A stretch of 43,503 nucleotides of DNA from Clostridia bacterium (lineage in GTDB: Bacteria; Bacillota; Clostridia; Christensenellales; CAG-314), in contig JAGBWW010000027.1 of assembly GCA_017629595.1 (NCBI GenBank), forward strand, positions 1-43,503, read 5' to 3'. The stretch's first letter is position 1. Each line of letters starts with the position of its first letter. The notes under the pieces are model-generated. The model did no database searches, had not been told where the DNA came from, and was given only the letters and a program-made list of their open reading frames with translations. Both the position numbers and the translations under genes were made by a program. Shown here piece after piece: positions 39,114 through 43,503 of the stretch.

Positions 39114-39611
39114 CTAGCCCCCTATAAGCAACGTCAACAAAGCAATAATTACCGACACAAAGACACCATTGACAACTACGGGCCCTGCCACAACAAACAT
39201 TTTGGCGCCTAAACCGTAAATAAGTCCTTCCGCCTTAAATTCCAAAGCAGGAGCAACCACGGCGTTGGCAAAACCCGTTATGGGTATTGTTGAACCTGCA
39301 CCTGCAAAGCGACCAATTTGGTCAAAAACGCCAAATCCTGTTAAAATTGCCGTGATTACAACCAAAGTTGCCGAAGCAAGTCCGGAACTGTCGGCATTGC
39401 TAAATCCAAGAAGCGAGTAAATTTCAATGAAAATTTGACCTATTACACAAATTAAGCCACCAATAACAAATGCCCAAAACATATTTTTTGCGTGCGCAGA
39501 TTTTGGTGATTTTTCAAAAACGTATTGTTTGTAGTTGTCTTTGGTTATTTTAGCCGTCAATTTGCCGTCCGGGCTTATTGGGTTTTGTTGGTTTGAAAGT
39601 TTCTTTGTCAT
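39114..39611 (-). CDS. spoVAC: Stage V sporulation protein AC
   Basis: FVIGGLICVIGQ and GRFAGAGSTIPITGFAN motifs. TAG stop. The start could be ATG at 39611 or TTG at 39614. Confidence 0.9.
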   Translation of the reverse strand: MTKKLSNQQNPISPDGKLTAKITKDNYKQYVFEKSPKSAHAKNMFWAFVIGGLICVIGQIFIEIYSLLGFSNADSSGLASATLVVITAILTGFGVFDQIGRFAGAGSTIPITGFANAVVAPALEFKAEGLIYGLGAKMFVVAGPVVVNGVFVSVIIALLTLLIGG

Positions 39612-39688
39612 CAATGTTTTGATACGTCTCCCTTATTTTTTTCGTTTTCATAACTATATCTTTGACAAAAAAACAAAATTGTAAACAA

Positions 39689-39715
39689 TAAAAAATGTGG
39701 CAAATTTGCCACATT
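39689..39715 (-). terminator. Terminator after sigF
   Basis: Palindrome AATGTGGCAAATTTGCCACATT (39694-39715), followed on the minus strand by a T-run. Confidence 0.75.
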
Positions 39716-39719
39716 AAAT

Positions 39720-40448
39720 TTATGATGCTCGTAAACCTTGCAATCGCATCTTTTCCAATATTTTGTTTTCCAAGCGAGATACTTGAACCTGCGAAATTCC
39801 CAAAACTTCGGCAATTTCCGTCTGCGTCATATCTTTGAAATAGCGCATAACTATCAAGTTTCGCTCACGCTCTTCAAGTTTGTCCAAAATGTTTTTTAAC
39901 AAAAGATTGTCGGTAAAGTCCACTTTTTCTCCTGATGGGATTTTTTCAATCAATTCTCTGTTTTTTCCGTCTTTGTCGGAAAAACTTTCGTACAAAGAAG
40001 TTGGCATTTTTGCCGAATCCAACGCAAAAGCAACGTCGGAAGGGGAAATGTCAAACTCTTTTGCAATTTGCTCCACGCAAGGCTCGTCAACGTTTTCTTT
40101 GCGATAATCGTCAATGTACTTGTTGATTTTTGCCGACAAAGTTTTAAGTGAGCGCGATACTTTTATATATCCGTCGTCTCGCACAAATCTTTTCACTTCT
40201 CCCAAAATCATTGGTACGGCATAGGTGGAAAAACGCACGTTGAAGTCAAGTGAAAAATTTTTTACCGCCTTAATCATGCCTATGGAAGCAATTTGCATTA
40301 AATCTTCGTATTCAACGTTTTTGCCGACGTATCGTTTAATCAAGCACTTTAATAGAGGTTTGTTTTCTAGCAAAATTGTGTTTAGTGCATCGTTGTCGTT
40401 ATGTTGTGCTTTTTGAATCAACACCATTGTATCTTGATGAGAAATCAT
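39720..40448 (-). CDS. sigF: RNA polymerase sporulation sigma factor SigF
   Basis: Sigma-70 regions 2-4 (region 4.2 TQTEIAEVLGISQVQVSRLE), immediately downstream of spoIIAA-spoIIAB. I chose the ATG at 40448, 5 nt after the spoIIAB TGA, with GGAGA upstream. Confidence 0.92.
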   Translation of the reverse strand: MISHQDTMVLIQKAQHNDNDALNTILLENKPLLKCLIKRYVGKNVEYEDLMQIASIGMIKAVKNFSLDFNVRFSTYAVPMILGEVKRFVRDDGYIKVSRSLKTLSAKINKYIDDYRKENVDEPCVEQIAKEFDISPSDVAFALDSAKMPTSLYESFSDKDGKNRELIEKIPSGEKVDFTDNLLLKNILDKLEERERNLIVMRYFKDMTQTEIAEVLGISQVQVSRLENKILEKMRLQGLRAS

Positions 40449-40453
40449 AGGCG

Positions 40454-40876
40454 TCAATTCTCCACGTTTGCATATTTCACCATTGATACACAAGTGTAAC
40501 CTTTTGCCGATTCCACTTCCAATTTGTCTGTGAATGCTTGCATAACGGTAAAGCCCATACCGGAACGCTCTTGGCCCGTGGTCAAAAACGGTTGCATTGC
40601 TTTTGATACGTCATCAATGCCCACACCACGATCTTTGATTTTTATATATATTGCGTTATCGGTCAATCCTGCCCACAACTCTATTGTTCCACCCGACTTT
40701 TCGTATGCATGCACCACGCTGTTGGTAACCGCTTCGGAAACAGCCGTTTTAAAATCTTCCAATTGCTCAACGGTGGGATTTAGTTGTGCAAAAAATGCCG
40801 ATGCAACACTGCGAGCAAAAGCTTCGTTTTGCGAAAGAGCCTTAACCGTCAAAGTCATTTCATTATTAAATTTCAT
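40454..40876 (-). CDS. spoIIAB: Anti-sigma F factor SpoIIAB (serine kinase)
   Basis: 140 aa GHKL kinase (NSVVHAY, DRGVGI, GMGF). Overlaps the spoIIAA 3' end. Confidence 0.93.
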   Translation of the reverse strand: MKFNNEMTLTVKALSQNEAFARSVASAFFAQLNPTVEQLEDFKTAVSEAVTNSVVHAYEKSGGTIELWAGLTDNAIYIKIKDRGVGIDDVSKAMQPFLTTGQERSGMGFTVMQAFTDKLEVESAKGYTCVSMVKYANVEN

Positions 40877-41189
40877 TGTCGTTCTCCAATTTTGTCATAA
40901 TTTCATACAATCCGGACATATAAAAAAGCTTGTCCACCGTCTTTGAAAGGTTTTTGACGTAAAGTGCAATACCAAGTTTCTTGGCAATTTTGTATCTTCC
41001 AATAAGAACACCGATCCCTGTGGAATCCATAAAAGACATTCTTGCCATATCAAAGACCAACGCCTTTTTGTTTGTTGAATTCAAAATATAATCCAACTCT
41101 TGCTTTGCGACGTTTGATGCGCTTTCGTCCAATTCTCCAACAATCTTGACAACAACCTTTTTTTCGTCTTCAAAGTAACTGATTTGCAT
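40866..41189 (-). CDS. spoIIAA: Anti-sigma F factor antagonist SpoIIAA (STAS domain)
   Basis: 107 aa STAS domain with the phospho-serine motif (FMDSTGIGVL). AAGGAGG RBS. Confidence 0.92.
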   Translation of the reverse strand: MQISYFEDEKKVVVKIVGELDESASNVAKQELDYILNSTNKKALVFDMARMSFMDSTGIGVLIGRYKIAKKLGIALYVKNLSKTVDKLFYMSGLYEIMTKLENDNEI

Positions 41190-41291
41190 ACTGCCTCCTT
41201 AGATAAATAGAGTTTAGTACAAATCAATTTGAAAATTTTGTATGAGTTTAGCGAAAATAGAGAAATAAACAAACGAAGAAAAAATTGCAAT

Positions 41292-41315
41292 AAAAATACA
41301 GGGCAAATGCCCTGC
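41292..41315 (-). terminator. Second hairpin terminator between tRNA-Gly and the spoIIA operon
   Basis: On the minus strand, GCAGGGCATTTGCCCTG followed by TATTTTTATT. Confidence 0.6.
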
Positions 41316-41342
41316 AAAAATTTAATTAATTATAAAAATGCA

Positions 41343-41374
41343 ATAAAAAAAGGTTATTTCAAAGAAATAACCTT
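41343..41374 (-). terminator. tRNA-Gly terminator
   Basis: AAGGTTATTTC aaa GAAATAACCTT (41350-41374), followed on the minus strand by eight T. Confidence 0.8.
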
Positions 41375-41382
41375 AGTTTTAG

Positions 41383-41457
41383 TGGAGCGGGAAACGAGAT
41401 TCGAACTCGCGACTTTCACCTTGGCAAGGTGACACTCTACCACTGAGTCACTCCCGC
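41383..41457 (-). tRNA. trnG: tRNA-Gly (anticodon GCC), 3' CCA encoded
   Basis: Minus-strand sequence GCGGGAGTGACTCAGTGGTAGAGTGTCACCTTGCCAAGGTGAAAGTCGCGAGTTCGAATCTCGTTTCCCGCTCCA. Anticodon arm TCACC-TTGCCAA-GGTGA, T loop TTCGAAT. Confidence 0.92.
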
Positions 41458-41474
41458 ACGACCATTGCCTAGTC

Positions 41475-41503
41475 ATTTTAGCAAAAAGCAATGGTAATGT
41501 CAA
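41475..41503 (-). promoter_or_regulatory. tRNA-Gly promoter TTGACA-17-TAAAAT
   Basis: On the minus strand, TTGACA at 41503-41498, a 17-nt spacer, then TAAAAT at 41480-41475. The tRNA 5' end lies 17 nt downstream of the -10. Confidence 0.6.
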
Positions 41504-41632
41504 CGATTTTTTACACATAATTTGCAATTTTACATGCACTTTTTTTGGGAAAAATAATTCAAGTAAATGGTTGAAAAAATTTATTCAAAAATCACGTTTT
41601 ACGCTAACAATTATAAATATTTCAACGTTTGA

Positions 41633-42898
41633 CTATTGAATTTTTTCGCCACGAAGAAAACGAGCAACAATTTGATTTGGCTGACCAACGTGACAAAAAC
41701 GTTCAACACTTTGAATAGGCGAAAGTTTTTGGTAGTGGTCGCTTGTATTTTTGACAACAAGAAGGTTGGCTTCGTAACCTTGTTCAATGCTACCTACTTT
41801 GCCAAACAATGCTCCACCCACTTTTGTTGCGTGGTAAAAGGCTTGTGCAAAAGATACGGGCGAATGTCCTTCTTCGTAAAAAGACTTAATTTTGGAAAGT
41901 TGCACAGTTTTTGCAACTTGAGTGTATATTCCAAGATTGTGACCGGCTGCAATATCACTGCCCAAGCCAATTTTTACACCTTGACTTGCCAAAGTTGCAA
42001 AAGGCATAATTCCTGCAATTACGTTTACGGTAGCATCGGGGCAATGGACGGCAATGCCGTTGTATTTTTTCAAAATTTCAACGTCTTTGTTTGAAGGGAA
42101 AATAAAATGTCCGCCAATAAAAGGACCATAGCCCAAAAGACCTGCTTTTTCGTAAATTTCGGTGTCGCATTCAACGTCGGGAAACAATCTTTTTGCTTCT
42201 TGCGCTTCCCAAAGAGATTCAACAAGGTGGGTTTGAACGCCAACCTGGTATTTTTGGGCAAGTTTGCCCAAACCGCACAAAAGCTTTTGTGTGCAAGTGG
42301 GTGCAAAGCGAGGCGTCAAAATAGGTTTTGCCGTAACGTTGGAAGCATATTTTTGCAAAAATCTTTCCGTTTCCAACAAGGAGTCTTCCACCGTTTCTTT
42401 CAAACCGTCGGGACAGTTTTGGTCCATATTAACCTTGCCAACGTATGCGTACAAACCTTTTTTCTCCAATCTTTCAATCAAATGGGAGGTTGCCTCCGTG
42501 TGAATTGTGCCATATATGGCAACGTGAAAGGTTCCGTTTGCAATCAAATCGTCGCAAAATGAATCATAAACTTGCGTAGCAAAGTCCAAGTTGGCATATT
42601 TTTCTTCCAATGGAAATGTATATTGGTCCAACCACTCGGCAAGAATTTTGTCCATGGCAAGTCCACGTTGTGGATATTGCGGAGCATGAACGTGCAAATC
42701 AGAAAAGGCGGGAATTATTACGTCGTTTTGAAAATCTTCCACCACCACGTCTTGGTATTGGGTGGGCAATTGAGAATACACTCCGTCAATGACGCCGTCT
42801 CGTATTACAACGTAACCGGCGTTGATTTCTTGAAGTTCTTTGTCTGACTTCGCATATACGATATTGCCACGTAAAATTTTAACCTTTGCATTTGCCAT
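41633..42898 (-). CDS. Amidohydrolase-superfamily deaminase, guanine deaminase-like
   Basis: Metal-binding HVHAPQ motif and a later HLVES motif; length about 420 aa. I chose the ATG at 42898 (GGAGA upstream) over 42967. TAG stop. Confidence 0.7.
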   Translation of the reverse strand: MANAKVKILRGNIVYAKSDKELQEINAGYVVIRDGVIDGVYSQLPTQYQDVVVEDFQNDVIIPAFSDLHVHAPQYPQRGLAMDKILAEWLDQYTFPLEEKYANLDFATQVYDSFCDDLIANGTFHVAIYGTIHTEATSHLIERLEKKGLYAYVGKVNMDQNCPDGLKETVEDSLLETERFLQKYASNVTAKPILTPRFAPTCTQKLLCGLGKLAQKYQVGVQTHLVESLWEAQEAKRLFPDVECDTEIYEKAGLLGYGPFIGGHFIFPSNKDVEILKKYNGIAVHCPDATVNVIAGIMPFATLASQGVKIGLGSDIAAGHNLGIYTQVAKTVQLSKIKSFYEEGHSPVSFAQAFYHATKVGGALFGKVGSIEQGYEANLLVVKNTSDHYQKLSPIQSVERFCHVGQPNQIVARFLRGEKIQ

Positions 42899-42949
42899 TT
42901 TGCCACGTCTCCGTCTTAAGTAAATAGTTGAAAAAAACTCAACACCTAA

Positions 42950-42978
42950 AGTATATAAGAATTGCAAAATAAAGTCAA
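42950..42978 (-). promoter_or_regulatory. Candidate promoter of the deaminase gene, TTGACT-17-TATACT
   Basis: On the minus strand, TTGACT at 42978-42973, a 17-nt spacer, then TATACT at 42955-42950. Confidence 0.4.
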
Positions 42979-43003
42979 TTTTTCATCAATATAGTTAAGA
43001 AAG

Positions 43004-43039
43004 CAAAAAAAAGAAACAACTCCTTTTGGGGTTGTTTCT
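43004..43039 (-). terminator. Terminator of the AT-rich orphan gene
   Basis: On the minus strand, AGAAACAACCCC aaaa GGAGTTGTTTCT followed by eight T. Confidence 0.7.
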
Positions 43040-43063
43040 AAATCTTTAATAAAATGGAAAATT

Positions 43064-43498
43064 TTACCTTTGGTTATAATAAAAATTACTATATTTTTTA
43101 GATTTCAAATCATCAATAATTTTAATACATAACTCTGGAGGGTTTCTATCAAACGTATCGTATATCTTTATGTGATCTTTAGATATAATTTCTAAATCTT
43201 GCAAGACAGATAAACAGTCTTCGTGGGCAATTTTCTTATTGTCTAAAAGAAACTCTTTGTTATAAAATGGAGAGCTTTTGCCCTTGGTATTGAAACTGAT
43301 GTCAAATTTATAGTTAATTCCATTTTTAGATCGCAAATAAAGTGTTTCGGGAATTTCAGCATTATCAAGCCAAAAGACAAAATCTTCTATCGGCAATTTA
43401 ATGGGTTTATATATATATTTATAATTTTCGCCTTTTATGTTGACAAGCTCTCTATTGTCGGAAACGTGTATGAGACTGACAAAATAGATAAGCGACAT
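43064..43498 (-). CDS. Hypothetical protein, AT-rich orphan (may extend upstream beyond the window)
   Basis: 144-aa ORF ending TAA, with no TM segment and no motif I recognise. The in-frame codon upstream of the ATG (TGG) is still open at the window edge. Confidence 0.5.
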   Translation of the reverse strand: MSLIYFVSLIHVSDNRELVNIKGENYKYIYKPIKLPIEDFVFWLDNAEIPETLYLRSKNGINYKFDISFNTKGKSSPFYNKEFLLDNKKIAHEDCLSVLQDLEIISKDHIKIYDTFDRNPPELCIKIIDDLKSKKYSNFYYNQR

Positions 43499-43503
43499 CC
43501 ACA

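Noticed and set aside
39611-39814. 67-aa minus-strand ORF spanning the sigF 3' end and the spoVAC leader
   Set aside because: It overlaps sigF out of frame and crosses the sigF terminator. It is a Lys/Trp-rich low-complexity product with no RBS.
42899-42949. Possible purine riboswitch upstream of the guanine-deaminase-like gene
   Set aside because: The predicted 5' UTR is only about 50 nt. It lacks the three-way junction and conserved loop sequences of purine riboswitches; only a short GTTGA/TCAAC hairpin is present.
1-43503. Search for CRISPR arrays, IS elements, integrases, prophage or defence islands
   Set aside because: There are no direct-repeat/spacer periodicity, no transposase- or integrase-like ORFs and no terminal inverted repeats. 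Every ORF over 60 aa is either a conserved housekeeping or sporulation gene or an antisense shadow. The only exception is the AT-rich orphan at the right edge.

Overview
This 43.5-kb window is a core chromosomal segment from an endospore-forming Firmicute with Clostridia/Bacillus-type synteny. GC is about 40-45% on hand-counted lines. I call 34 protein genes, 2 tRNAs and one Phe T-box leader. Only three protein genes are on the plus strand: the PadR-like gene, rnhA and the class A PBP. Reading the minus strand from right to left: AT-rich orphan, guanine-deaminase-like amidohydrolase, tRNA-Gly, spoIIAA-spoIIAB-sigF, spoVAC-spoVAD-spoVAE, yunB, T-box-pheS-pheT-mutS2-nifS-thiI, miaB-mutS-mutL-miaA, ynbB-like PLP enzyme, plsC, ispH::S1 fusion, rpsO, pnp, polysaccharide deacetylase, M16 peptidase, ftsK/spoIIIE, rimO-pgsA-cinA-recA, rny. 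The left end of the plus strand carries the 5'-truncated membrane-anchored PadR-like regulator, tRNA-Trp and rnhA. I see no CRISPR array, transposase, integrase, phage genes or recognisable defence or toxin genes, and no convincing novel multi-gene system; this is mostly an ordinary housekeeping region. The leads worth a second look are: (1) an otherwise intact rnhA interrupted by one in-frame TAG and apparently transcribed leaderless; (2) perfect inverted repeats embedded at the same position in the consensus promoters of both stand-alone tRNA genes, with a third promoter (ftsK) sharing the spacer geometry; (3) an AT-rich, codon-atypical orphan gene at the right edge; (4) strong avoidance of TTA/CTA/TCA codons, which produces very long codon-aligned antisense shadow ORFs.
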